Positions 19,672-29,772 of a DNA stretch of 64,000 nucleotides are shown one piece after another. The DNA lies in the NCBI GenBank assembly GCA_030634545.1, contig DAOWAN010000001.1, positions 15,010-79,009 on the forward strand. The letters are read 5' to 3'. Origin of the DNA: Candidatus Nanohalarchaeota archaeon (GTDB taxonomy: Archaea; EX4484-52; B79-G9). Under the pieces are notes generated by a model, which was not told where the DNA came from, did no database searches, and saw nothing but the letters and a program-made list of their open reading frames with translations. A program made the translations under genes and the position numbers. Position 1 is the first letter of the stretch; each line of letters starts with the position of its first letter.

Positions 19672-20094
19672 ATGCAAAATTTTAAAAGGTTGGGACAAGC
19701 TGCGACAGAATATCTTATTGTAATTGCGATTTCACTTTTGCTCTTGACTCCAGTCATATTGATAGGTAACAATGCAGTAATTGATCTGAAGCGCACTACA
19801 GATAATGTTATTGCGAGAGATGCTGTAGATAAGATTACAGATATGTCACGGATTGTCTATGCTCAGGGACAGCCTGCAAAGATCACAAGTAGTGTGAAGT
19901 TTCCTGGAAATATAATTTCAACTACAATCGCCAACCAGATGATAATTATGACCATATCTGCCGGCACTGCTTCAAATGATATCTTCAATATTATGGATTT
20001 TAATGTAACCGGTAGTCTACCCACAACATCCGGAGTTCATAGTATTTGTGTTGAAGCCATAGATTATGGTGTGAATATCACTATGGCACCTTAA
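19672..20094 (+). CDS. archaeal type IV pilin-like protein (class III signal peptide)
   Basis: The N-terminus MQNFKRLGQAATEYLIVIAISLLLL matches the K/R-G | Q-x-x-x-E-Y-L plus hydrophobic-helix pattern of archaeal pilins. Confidence 0.75.
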   Translation: MQNFKRLGQAATEYLIVIAISLLLLTPVILIGNNAVIDLKRTTDNVIARDAVDKITDMSRIVYAQGQPAKITSSVKFPGNIISTTIANQMIIMTISAGTASNDIFNIMDFNVTGSLPTTSGVHSICVEAIDYGVNITMAP

Positions 20095-20516
20095 GAAGCA
20101 TCATCATACAAATCACAACCATAAGACCCATAGATTCTGTTTTGCAACTTTTAACCCAGGCACTAAAAACAGCAACAATACACACAATTCTCAAATATCA
20201 TGCAACAACAACAGCTTGAACTCGTCAGAAATAATTATTTAATGGTTCTGATTAAAAAATACATGGACTCTTGTCTGATGATGACAAGGAGGTGAGATGA
20301 TCCTATATATACATATATACGGAAATGATTTCACCTACTTATCTGAAAACAAATATCGCTTCTGAGAAGTAAAAATTATTTCGGATGAATTTCGAAACAG
20401 TAGATTGATAGAGCCATTGCTATCTGTAACAATTAAAAAAATCATTTTCCTGTCTGCGACAACAGGTAGACACCACAGAGTAACACTTTAAATAGTTGAT
20501 TATTTATTAAATCCAT

Positions 20517-20990
20517 ATGCCTAACAAAGCGGAATACATAATCGGACGTCTTGACATAATAGAACATTATTATTTCAAAGGTTTGGGCTCAAAATTAAAT
20601 GGATTGAAAGGCGATTTAGAATATTTCCGGGAATTTAGTCGTGAAGATGATTTTGATCCAATAGCGCATGCAAATGAAATGTATTTATGGGTTGCTAAAA
20701 AATATGACAATATTAACAAGGCAAACTTAGCCAAAAATGCTGAAACTAGCTGTTTACAAGATGTACCAGAACTTATTGAGAGACTTGGGAAAAATATAGA
20801 GTATTTAATTCAAGGAAAGGATTCTAATAAAAATATTACCTCAGCATATCAGATATCTTCAGATATAATTGAAAAAGGGCAAGAATTTAGGAAATTCATT
20901 AATGATTATATCAAAGAACTTGAAGAATTAGGTTATGATAAATTAGCTTTAGAATATAAACACAAAACAACGCATAATTTTGGTCAATAA
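20517..20990 (+). CDS. hypothetical protein (157 aa)
   Basis: Intact ORF, soluble and helical-looking. No motif recognised. Confidence 0.4.
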   Translation: MPNKAEYIIGRLDIIEHYYFKGLGSKLNGLKGDLEYFREFSREDDFDPIAHANEMYLWVAKKYDNINKANLAKNAETSCLQDVPELIERLGKNIEYLIQGKDSNKNITSAYQISSDIIEKGQEFRKFINDYIKELEELGYDKLALEYKHKTTHNFGQ

Positions 20991-21056
20991 CACTGCCGCT
21001 TTTGCATTACATCTATCAATACACCAACAACAAGAACCATACCTAGAACAAAATGT

Positions 21057-23117
21057 TTACTTACTAAACCCAAGAACCACATTCTCTTTTTCCAGACTGA
21101 ATCTGCACTTCCTTTTCTTGGTCTTTTTGCCCTTGTACATGATTTGATTTATCCATTCAGGCATAGTCAATTCACATATGAAATTCTTTGGCTTCTGCCT
21201 GAAATCTATCCTGATTTCAATACCATCAGTACTTCTTTCGACTTTTAAATCAAAGATATTATCACCAATAACTTTCCCATGCCTATACATATGTCCCCAA
21301 GCATCAGGTAGTTTCGGCTCAATCGCAAGCATCTTTTTCCCTACATCCGGTCTGATGCCAAAAAGAAAATCATCAACAGCATAAATAAAAAGCGAAGACG
21401 ACCATGCCTGATCCGTTGCACCGAGCAGTTTTCCGGATTTTGCATCAACTATCTCAGATAGTCCCCCCGGCTGAAATTTTTCACAGTCATACGAACAATC
21501 ATCAAGACAATTTATTCCCTCAGAAATCATACCGTATCTCAAAAAAGCCACGGCACCCCATCCAGTAGTCAGCCCCCAACAGGACCCCGTATGATACCCT
21601 GACGAATTGTAATTCCTGCTCATCTTGGATCTGGTTCTGATGCCATAGACACTCTTTAACTCTGTTTTTGTCCTCTCCAATACATGCTGCGCTTTTGCTT
21701 GCGGAGTCAAGCCAAAAAAGAGAGGCACCAATTCATTAGCAGTTATTTCCGGATTAGGTAGTTTCGAGTACGTATCATAATATGTTTTTTTGTTATCATT
21801 CCAGAAATTCTGGTTTAGTTTATTGTTCATTTTCATTGAGAGCTTAGGCTCTATTGTTTTTAGCGCCTCAACCCACATAGCCTGCACCTCAATTGCACTG
21901 CCCGAACGCTCAATTGAATCCATCCATGTTTCATTTGATTCGTGGGCAACAATATAGTCCATAAGTACCAGATTCTTCAGTGAAACAGCGATATTTTTTT
22001 TTAGTTCCTTTCTGAGTGTCAAATCACCGCTCTTTTTCTCATAGTCCAGTAACGTTATCAGAAATAAAGGATCAATATCCACACCGTGATATTCTTTCTT
22101 CCCATCCAGGTGAACGATACAGGGCATTCTTTTGTCCTGAAATTTAGCTATAGTCTGAAATATCTCTCTTGCTACTTTGAATCTACCCATATCTATAAGA
22201 CCAAGAAGACTCCAGAAGATATCCCTTCCCCAGTATTCAAGGAACCAGGGATAACCTGCAAAGATTCCAGTACCGGCATCAGACTTACTTATGAGACCCT
22301 GCAAACTATACTGAGCCCAAAGATACGTCTTATCCAGACGATCATGAGGAGTATTGATATCATGATCATGATATATTTCTATTGATTTCTTTAATTTAGA
22401 GACCATGCCTTTGTCCCAATTTTGAACGCATTTATCGTATATATCTATCAGCACACCCCTGCTTTTGGTTGTCGCGCAGTATACTATAGGTATCTTTACT
22501 TCCTCATTGATACCCAAATCAAATGTAATCTCATATTTTCCCGGAATAAAACAGCACTGCGACGAACCAGGACTGTGGTTCTTGTACTCATTAGATATAA
22601 CATTACAGATTTCAATATCTTTTTCTGTTCTCCCTACCCCATACATACACTCTCCAGCACTTGATTTAACAATAACAGATTTTCTTAGTTCATTGAACTC
22701 TGTTTCGTATTTCCTATCATGAACATTTTCCTGTTTTGTTCTCATATTGACTGCTGCCTCAATATTAATCTTTACTTTTCTTTCTTTCGCAATCATGTTC
22801 TTTATGGAAATTACCGAAATCACAGACGGATAATCATCTGGCGCGAAAACAATTTCAGTAATATTTAAGTCATCCACTAAAAAATGATGTTTAGTACCCC
22901 ATGGCTTTATACTGCATCTTGTACAGTTCTGTTCTGAGAGCCATGTTTCATTAATACGATATGCAAAATATTCAAATGCCTTGATTGGAGGCATCCATAT
23001 ACCGCACCATTTTGTTTTAAAGCCAGTATCTGTATAACGATTAATAAATGAATACATACCGCCAGAGCTATATTGTTTTAAGTTGATTTCCTTTTTTTCA
23101 ATATTCCAGCTTAACAT
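21057..23117 (-). CDS. glycogen debranching enzyme-like (amylo-alpha-1,6-glucosidase, GDE_C type)
   Basis: 686 aa. The GYPWFLEYWGRDIFWSL motif and a later (alpha/alpha)6-barrel-like region are typical of archaeal/bacterial GDE-family proteins. Confidence 0.7.
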   Translation of the reverse strand: MLSWNIEKKEINLKQYSSGGMYSFINRYTDTGFKTKWCGIWMPPIKAFEYFAYRINETWLSEQNCTRCSIKPWGTKHHFLVDDLNITEIVFAPDDYPSVISVISIKNMIAKERKVKINIEAAVNMRTKQENVHDRKYETEFNELRKSVIVKSSAGECMYGVGRTEKDIEICNVISNEYKNHSPGSSQCCFIPGKYEITFDLGINEEVKIPIVYCATTKSRGVLIDIYDKCVQNWDKGMVSKLKKSIEIYHDHDINTPHDRLDKTYLWAQYSLQGLISKSDAGTGIFAGYPWFLEYWGRDIFWSLLGLIDMGRFKVAREIFQTIAKFQDKRMPCIVHLDGKKEYHGVDIDPLFLITLLDYEKKSGDLTLRKELKKNIAVSLKNLVLMDYIVAHESNETWMDSIERSGSAIEVQAMWVEALKTIEPKLSMKMNNKLNQNFWNDNKKTYYDTYSKLPNPEITANELVPLFFGLTPQAKAQHVLERTKTELKSVYGIRTRSKMSRNYNSSGYHTGSCWGLTTGWGAVAFLRYGMISEGINCLDDCSYDCEKFQPGGLSEIVDAKSGKLLGATDQAWSSSLFIYAVDDFLFGIRPDVGKKMLAIEPKLPDAWGHMYRHGKVIGDNIFDLKVERSTDGIEIRIDFRQKPKNFICELTMPEWINQIMYKGKKTKKRKCRFSLEKENVVLGFSK

Positions 23118-23311
23118 TCTATCACTTCAGAGCAATCAATATTTGTTTAGCATAATCCGTCAATTCCATTGAAAATATTTAAACAAAGAGATATATATAT
23201 CTTACAGTGACAAGTAGTAATATAGGATTACCATAGAAAATATTCAGATAAGTCTGATTTGAAACACCAGCGACCATAGGATGATGGGATTCTATTTCGA
23301 AGAGAGACAGG

Positions 23312-25141
23312 GTGAAAGTTATGGATGATGTACTAGCAGAAGCAGATTATTTTTTTGAAGTGTCGTATGAAGTTGCGAATAAGGTTGGAGGCATCTATAC
23401 TGTAATCCGCACAAAATCTGAGCAGATGCTTGGATATTATGGTAAGAATTATTATACTATCGGATTTTATGATCCTAAGCAGGCAAAGGTCGAATTTGAG
23501 GAAAAAGATTCGAAAGCATTTGCTGGCGTCTTTCAGAAGCTTGAGAAGATGGGCATCAAGTGCCACTATGGGACATGGGTCTCTGCAAGAGGCAGACCGA
23601 ATTGTATTCTTTTGGATATTAATGGCTATCGCGGACATTTGAATGATATCAAGACAGAGTTATGGATGAAATATAAGATTGATTCATTGCGATCCGATTC
23701 GTGGTTCGGGGACCCTGTGGTATGGGCATATGCATGCGGGATACTTATCGAGAGACTAAAGGAAGATCTTCACATGAAGAAAGTTGTTGCGCAATTCCAT
23801 GAGTGGATGTCCGGTGCCGGACTTCTTTATCTGAAATCAAGGAAAGTAGAGGTTGCAACTGTATTTACCACACATGCCACAATGCTTGGCAGGAGTATGG
23901 CAAATTGCAGTGATAGCCTTGTCAGGGAGATTGAAGATGGATTAAAAAATGGCAGATCTGTAGATCCAAGAAAGTCTTATGAGTATAATGTTGAGGCAAA
24001 GCATCTTACAGAATGCGCATGCGCTGATAAGTGTGATGCCTTCACAACTGTTTCTGAAACAACAGCACGGGAAGCAGAATACATCCTCTCAAAAAAGCCG
24101 GATGTTGTACTCCCAAACGGGCTTGAGCTTGGAAAATATCCATCCATGGAAGAATGCATTTACCTGCATCGCAAGTGCAAGGAGAAGATTGTGGATTTCC
24201 TCGCAGGATACTTTAAGCCATATTATGAGATTAACCTGCATGACCCCAGAATCATGTTTATCTCCGGCAGATATGAAGTGCGCAACAAAGGAGTAGATGT
24301 ATTTGTCCAGAGTCTTGCAAAGCTCAACAATGAACTCAAAGAGCGCAAAGACAAGACAGACGTATTTGCCTTTATAATGATACCTACAGCCACCAAGAGC
24401 GAGAATCATGAGGCACTTGAAAATCTGTCCCTGTTTTCCGACATCAAGGAATATGTAGATGACTTATCAGTAGACATTAGCACAAATATTATCTCTTCAC
24501 TTACTTCCGGGAAAACAGACATGAGAATATCTGACTCTCTCACAGACTATCAGAAGATAGATATCAAAAAGTTTGCCTCTGCATTCAAATCAAGGAGTGG
24601 CGGTACAGCCCCATTATGCGCATTTGAACTGCAAAATGCAGGGAACGATGTAATATTAAGGATGCTTAGGGAGAACGGACTTTTGAATAGAGAAGAAGAT
24701 AGAGTAAAAGTAGTTTATTATCCTGCATATCTCTCAAATTCAGACCGGATGCTTTCTCTGAGCTATAATTCATTCCTGCTTGGTTGCAGCCTTGGAGTGT
24801 TCCCGTCTTTTTATGAACCATGGGGATATACTCCTCTTGAGACGATTGCTAATGGTGCTTTGACTATAACCACGGACCTTGCAGGCTACGGAAAATTTAT
24901 GGAAAAGCAGATGAAAGGCATGAAAGACACAGGCATTTATATTCTCAAAAGGAATAGCAAGAAAGACGAGGATATTATCGATGATTTAAAATCAATTTTT
25001 TCTGCTGTCGTGAAGATGGACAAGAGCGAGATTCTTTCGAGGAAATATCATGCAAAGAGATTATCTCTGCTTGCAGACTGGAAAAATCTTGCATCTAATT
25101 ATGTGATTGCGCATAACAAAGCACTTGGAAAGATCAAGTGA
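23312..25141 (+). CDS. GT3-type (eukaryote-like) glycogen synthase
   Basis: The N-terminal FEVSYEVANKVGGIYTVIRTKS is the signature opening of GT3 glycogen(starch) synthases. Later HEWMSGAG and PSFYEPWGYTPLE segments fit the same family. Confidence 0.8.
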   Translation: MKVMDDVLAEADYFFEVSYEVANKVGGIYTVIRTKSEQMLGYYGKNYYTIGFYDPKQAKVEFEEKDSKAFAGVFQKLEKMGIKCHYGTWVSARGRPNCILLDINGYRGHLNDIKTELWMKYKIDSLRSDSWFGDPVVWAYACGILIERLKEDLHMKKVVAQFHEWMSGAGLLYLKSRKVEVATVFTTHATMLGRSMANCSDSLVREIEDGLKNGRSVDPRKSYEYNVEAKHLTECACADKCDAFTTVSETTAREAEYILSKKPDVVLPNGLELGKYPSMEECIYLHRKCKEKIVDFLAGYFKPYYEINLHDPRIMFISGRYEVRNKGVDVFVQSLAKLNNELKERKDKTDVFAFIMIPTATKSENHEALENLSLFSDIKEYVDDLSVDISTNIISSLTSGKTDMRISDSLTDYQKIDIKKFASAFKSRSGGTAPLCAFELQNAGNDVILRMLRENGLLNREEDRVKVVYYPAYLSNSDRMLSLSYNSFLLGCSLGVFPSFYEPWGYTPLETIANGALTITTDLAGYGKFMEKQMKGMKDTGIYILKRNSKKDEDIIDDLKSIFSAVVKMDKSEILSRKYHAKRLSLLADWKNLASNYVIAHNKALGKIK

Positions 25142-25555
25142 TGTTTTTGGACATACACGAAGCGAATAATCATTATACCAGACGAGATAAAATATTTATG
25201 AGTAAATTGTTGCTGTTTTTCGAGCAACAGAAATAAATCGTTAAAGGGTAAATGATAAGAGAATGATTTATTCTGTGTGCGAATAGATATGCATTTTATG
25301 ATTTTTGCGCATTGTGTTTCAGGATAGTTTTTTACAATACCGAAATAGCAGTTTCTCTCGTGTATCTGCAAGCATATAAAGTGTTAAGTATTATAGTAAA
25401 ACAGCAGAATCCAATAATACCAAGAAGATATAAATATGTCATATTGTATATATTACATGTGTATATCATGTATGTTGGGATATTGGGACACAATATGTGG
25501 ATTATACGTATTCAGCTATGCGAATTAATGCATAGATGTTCTTGTTGGTGATGAT

Positions 25556-26305
25556 GTGAGTGGGTTGAATCAGGCGAATCAGAAAATCATTGAAAAGATT
25601 TTAAAGCAGCTTCGTATAAGTCCTTCTGATGTCGCCTATGAAAAGAAGCCAAAAAACGTTGTTCTGATTACAGCAGAATACCTACCAAGAGACCTAACCC
25701 CGATTTCACTACAATGCAAGAATCTTGCAGAAGGTCTTGCCCATAGAGGCATCAATACACATGTAGTCTCTTTTGATCCATGGAAAGAGGGTCAGACAGC
25801 AAACATTGGTGGAGCAGAAGTACATTATGTCGGTAATTCTGTTAAATCTTATTCACCCCTTACATGGGCAATTACTTTGAATATGGAAATTGGACGCGTT
25901 GTAGCAGACATATACCACAGCGAAGGCAATATTGATCTGATTCATACACATGAATGGCAGATGTTTCCTGCAGGCATAACACTCCAGAGCGCGCTCAAAA
26001 AGCCGCTGATTTCAAGTTATTACACGCTGCAGGAACAGCGCACACCCGGCATAAACAACGGGTTTACTGAATCTGTGAAACAGATCGAATGGCGGGCATC
26101 TCAGACATCAAATAGCATCCATGTGAATGAAGACTGGATGAAAAGCGCTCTTTTGCAATTTTACTCACCCGCAGAATCTAAAGTAAATGTTCTAAAACCA
26201 GACACATCATCATGGGCAAGGGATGTCGTAAGAGATTATTCATGGGTACTCAAGAATTGGGATGCACCAGTAGAAATATCTGAAAAAGAGAAAAAAGATG
26301 ATTAA
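25556..26305 (+). CDS. glycosyltransferase N-terminal-domain-like protein (no C-terminal GT-B half)
   Basis: 249 aa from a GTG start. VVLITAEYLPRD...LAEGLAHRGINTHVVSF...LIHTHEWQ resembles the N-domain of GT4/GT5 enzymes. The nucleotide-sugar-binding half is absent. Confidence 0.45.
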   Translation: MSGLNQANQKIIEKILKQLRISPSDVAYEKKPKNVVLITAEYLPRDLTPISLQCKNLAEGLAHRGINTHVVSFDPWKEGQTANIGGAEVHYVGNSVKSYSPLTWAITLNMEIGRVVADIYHSEGNIDLIHTHEWQMFPAGITLQSALKKPLISSYYTLQEQRTPGINNGFTESVKQIEWRASQTSNSIHVNEDWMKSALLQFYSPAESKVNVLKPDTSSWARDVVRDYSWVLKNWDAPVEISEKEKKDD

Positions 26306-26314
26306 GGTTTTTTC

Positions 26315-27529
26315 ATGAAAGTACTTCATTTAACATCAGAATACCCGCCTCATAAAGTTGGCGGACTTGGAACACATGTAGAAGAATTGACACGCGCACA
26401 GGTAAAAGCAGGTATTGAACCTATAGTTGTAGTATGCGCTTTCTCAGGGAATCAGGGCTATGAAAATGTCAATGGAGTTCACGTCTTTCGATTTGATGCA
26501 GACAATATCCCCGCAGAAGATTTTCCATCTTGGGCGCTCCAGATGAACGTTCTTATGCAGAAACAGGCAAGTCAGGTAATTGAAGAATTTAAGGATATCT
26601 CATTGATACATGCACATGACTGGCTTGTAGCAACAGCAGCAGTAGGGCTCAAACATATTTTCAGGATACCCCTGATTTCCACAATCCATTCACTTGAAGA
26701 AGGACGACGCGGTGGCATTTATGAAGACAGACAGGAACTGATACATGATATTGAACGCAAGATGACGTATGAATCATGGCGGGTTATTGTATGTTCTAAT
26801 TTTATGAAACAAAGCGTATGTTCTGCATTTTCTACCCCTTGGGAAAAAATGGATGTAATCCCAAATGGAGTGGATTTGTCCAAGTATAGTTCTGATTCCG
26901 GACATTATTCAGAAGTGAGAAGCAGATTCGCTTTGCCGCATGAGAAGATTGTCTTTTTTGTCGGGAGGCATGTATGGGAAAAAGGAGTTGATGTACTTGT
27001 AGGCGCTGTACAGTCAGTCCTTTCAGAAGTTCCTGACGCGAAGTTTGTTATTACAGGAGAAGGATATATGACAGATAAATGTAAGGATATGACCTGGCAT
27101 ATGGGACTTGGAGATAAGGTATTATTTACCGGCTACACTGACGATAAGACCCTTGATGCTCTTTTACATGTATCAGATGTCATTGTTATCCCATCACGCT
27201 ACGAGCCATTCGGGATTGTGGCACTTGAAGGTATGGCTTCGCATACGCCGGTTGTAGCTGCGGATACAGGCGGACTGTCTGAGATAATTCAGCATGACTT
27301 GAACGGCTTGAAAGTATGGTCCGGACATTCAGAGTCACTTGCGATGGGAATAAAAAGGGTTCTTAAGGACGATGGTTTGAGAAATAGTATTGTAAACCAT
27401 GCTTATGATACTGTTACAAGTACATATAACTGGGACAAGATTGCAGGCGATACAAAAAGAACTTATGAAAGAGTTATCGAAGAATATAATTGCGCTGACT
27501 GGAAACCGAGCCCCGGACTTATGTGGTAA
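26315..27529 (+). CDS. GT4-family (group 1) glycosyltransferase
   Basis: The N-terminus is MKVLHLTSEYPPHKVGGLGTHVEEL. The C-terminal half has the PSRYEPFGIVALEGMASHTPVVAADTGGLSEII (E-x7-E) motif. Confidence 0.8.
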   Translation: MKVLHLTSEYPPHKVGGLGTHVEELTRAQVKAGIEPIVVVCAFSGNQGYENVNGVHVFRFDADNIPAEDFPSWALQMNVLMQKQASQVIEEFKDISLIHAHDWLVATAAVGLKHIFRIPLISTIHSLEEGRRGGIYEDRQELIHDIERKMTYESWRVIVCSNFMKQSVCSAFSTPWEKMDVIPNGVDLSKYSSDSGHYSEVRSRFALPHEKIVFFVGRHVWEKGVDVLVGAVQSVLSEVPDAKFVITGEGYMTDKCKDMTWHMGLGDKVLFTGYTDDKTLDALLHVSDVIVIPSRYEPFGIVALEGMASHTPVVAADTGGLSEIIQHDLNGLKVWSGHSESLAMGIKRVLKDDGLRNSIVNHAYDTVTSTYNWDKIAGDTKRTYERVIEEYNCADWKPSPGLMW

Positions 27530-27567
27530 CTTTTGTTCTTTCTACATATCAACAAAATACAAACACC

Positions 27568-28578
27568 TTAATGTGACTGATAATCAAACTTTAAATATTT
27601 AGCAGCCATACTTTCGCAGTAGCTGCATTTATTGCAGTTTTTGTCGCACAGTATAACTTTCGCATGAAAATCCATCAATTGTGCATTATCGATATATGCA
27701 TTGAATCGTTTTTTAAACGCATGTAAATTCGAATCCATCAACTCAAGGACATTGCCATCATATGATTCCTCCAGATAAGCTTTCGCCGCATTTATTATCC
27801 ATTCTTTATCTCTCGTGCGACCGGATATTTTAAATGATGACGTAATTCCCCTGTATTTTCCTGTATCCTCAGGACGTATCCAATTGGATTTAAATATCTG
27901 TGATGGGTCCATCTTATCTATAAGAGAGCAATTATTAAAAAAATGATCCGCAGAACGTTGACTTTCTTTGTTTAAGTGCGCCATATAGTTGAAATGAAAA
28001 ATGCGATAAGGACAGCGATACATACAACCTTCATTCACCATAATCCGAATGTCCGCATCAACTGCCTCCTTTATTTCCTTAAGCACCCCAATGTCCCTAT
28101 TTATATCGCGATCAGGCACAATTACATCTGCCCCCAGTTTATCATAGAACATCGCTCTTTGCACAGAATCAATCTCACCAAGCACAGACGCTGTGATGCG
28201 TATCTGTGGAAGCCGACTCTTCACAGTCTGTATAAGCAAAGGATTCGCGATAGTCAAAGCATCAAGATCACATGTCCTATACAGTTTGGCAATCGATTTT
28301 ATGAGCCTCTCTATTGTTTTCAAGTCATACGCTTTCGCGCCATCACATGTACTGTTCATAACTAGATTTGCACGGATATCATTCTCATGTATTAACTTTA
28401 TAGTATCCACGGTATTGATACCTTTTTTAGGAATCCTGCCGGATCCATATATCGCGGGATCTGAAAAATATATTTCATCAATCTTATTTTTGCAATCTCC
28501 TGTTTCCAGATACTGCATTAACTCATCTATCGTTTCAGAGTTGCCATTATAGGGTATTGAAAATTTAAGTGAACTCAT
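27568..28578 (-). CDS. peptidase-U32-family-like protein
   Basis: 336 aa. The layout is reminiscent of U32 proteins: SIPYNGNSETIDEL...IDEIYFSDP, then DALTIANPLLIQTV...PQIRITASV, then NEGCMYRCPYRIFH. The C-terminus carries a Cys cluster, CDKNCNKCSYCE. Confidence 0.55.
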   Translation of the reverse strand: MSSLKFSIPYNGNSETIDELMQYLETGDCKNKIDEIYFSDPAIYGSGRIPKKGINTVDTIKLIHENDIRANLVMNSTCDGAKAYDLKTIERLIKSIAKLYRTCDLDALTIANPLLIQTVKSRLPQIRITASVLGEIDSVQRAMFYDKLGADVIVPDRDINRDIGVLKEIKEAVDADIRIMVNEGCMYRCPYRIFHFNYMAHLNKESQRSADHFFNNCSLIDKMDPSQIFKSNWIRPEDTGKYRGITSSFKISGRTRDKEWIINAAKAYLEESYDGNVLELMDSNLHAFKKRFNAYIDNAQLMDFHAKVILCDKNCNKCSYCESMAAKYLKFDYQSH

Positions 28579-28581
28579 AAT

Positions 28582-29580
28582 CTACATCATTGTCTTTGTC
28601 ATTTTAATTTCTTTCGAACTTTGCGCACGATGAAACCCCATGTGTTCATTCACATGATTTACTATCTCATTCAATATTCCTTCAACCTCAGTATTTTTCA
28701 GGCTAGAGAATACTTTTTTGTTATCATATATTTCCACAATATACTCTGGTTTTTTATTGTGGTATGAGACACAGAGATTTTTAGATGAACTATTTATTGT
28801 ATCTTTTGAAGCTGTTTTGTCATGAATGACACTTAACGTATTTTGCGGACTATATGGAGCAAACGTAAGATGGACCTCGATTTGCCTGCTTTCTTTACTA
28901 TGCCTATTATTGGTCTGTTGCGTGTACATTCCCTCAAATCTGATGAGAACATGCTTCTTATTTTCATACTCTGTTTTGCAGGTCTTATTGCATATTGTAA
29001 TAAGAGAAAAACGACCTATATTTTTTTTAAGAAGTCGAAGACCTTTGAATAAATGCAATTGTTTCACTGATGGCGAGGATTTTATAATCAGTTCTGCAAG
29101 CGCTATCAATTTTGGATCCTTCTCTCTATTTATGAACTCATTACACACCCCTGGCAACTGATCATATCTTGTTGGCTCAAAAGACAAATTGACTAGCGTA
29201 AAAATTCTCGCGCCTTCTGTCCATGATAAGAAAGAGCATCCCTTCAGAATATGTTCTTTTACAGTGTCAACATATGGAATGTACCCAATATATAAGCCAC
29301 TACCTGTACCGTTTTGTATCTCATCGCATTTTTTAGCAAGTGCTGACATCACCAAAAGCCCCGGTTTTTTAAATTCCTCAATAACATACATGTACCCACT
29401 CGAAGAACCTATCCTTTTGTTTTCTTCTTTTGCAGTGTCATAGAGGAGGCATCCAAGATATACAGAATCCCTATCCGACTCGCAGCCATAGAATAACTCA
29501 CTATGATAATAGCCAGTATCTACTCTTTTTGGTACCTCTGTAAGAAGATTGCTCAATTTATTTATCATATTTTCTGTCAT
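28582..29580 (-). CDS. hypothetical protein (332 aa)
   Basis: Intact ORF 4 nt upstream of the U32-like gene on the same strand. No motif recognised. Confidence 0.4.
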   Translation of the reverse strand: MTENMINKLSNLLTEVPKRVDTGYYHSELFYGCESDRDSVYLGCLLYDTAKEENKRIGSSSGYMYVIEEFKKPGLLVMSALAKKCDEIQNGTGSGLYIGYIPYVDTVKEHILKGCSFLSWTEGARIFTLVNLSFEPTRYDQLPGVCNEFINREKDPKLIALAELIIKSSPSVKQLHLFKGLRLLKKNIGRFSLITICNKTCKTEYENKKHVLIRFEGMYTQQTNNRHSKESRQIEVHLTFAPYSPQNTLSVIHDKTASKDTINSSSKNLCVSYHNKKPEYIVEIYDNKKVFSSLKNTEVEGILNEIVNHVNEHMGFHRAQSSKEIKMTKTMM

Positions 29581-29772
29581 ACACGACCAACCACTGAGTG
29601 TTTATCCTACCTGAATTCAATAATAAGGTAGTGTTCGTAATAATTATTTATTATTTCTATGATTATATATTGTTGTCTACTTATGATTTAATCGAAACAT
29701 ACTCAATTGACAAAATAGGAATCCACATACAATCAAAATATTAGCGGATTCACTACATATACAGGTCACTAT

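Noticed and set aside
20278-20365. A possible C/D-box sRNA has ATGATGA at 20278-20284 and CTGA at 20343-20346. Separately, a 22-codon mini-ORF (20297..20365) lies behind a strong aaGGAGGTGAg motif.
   Set aside because: The box spacing does not fit the archaeal C / 12-nt guide / D' / C' / 12-nt guide / D architecture, because there is no proper D' and the C' is degenerate. The mini-ORF (MILYIHIYGNDFTYLSENKYRF) has no recognisable feature. Both are too weak to call without expression data.
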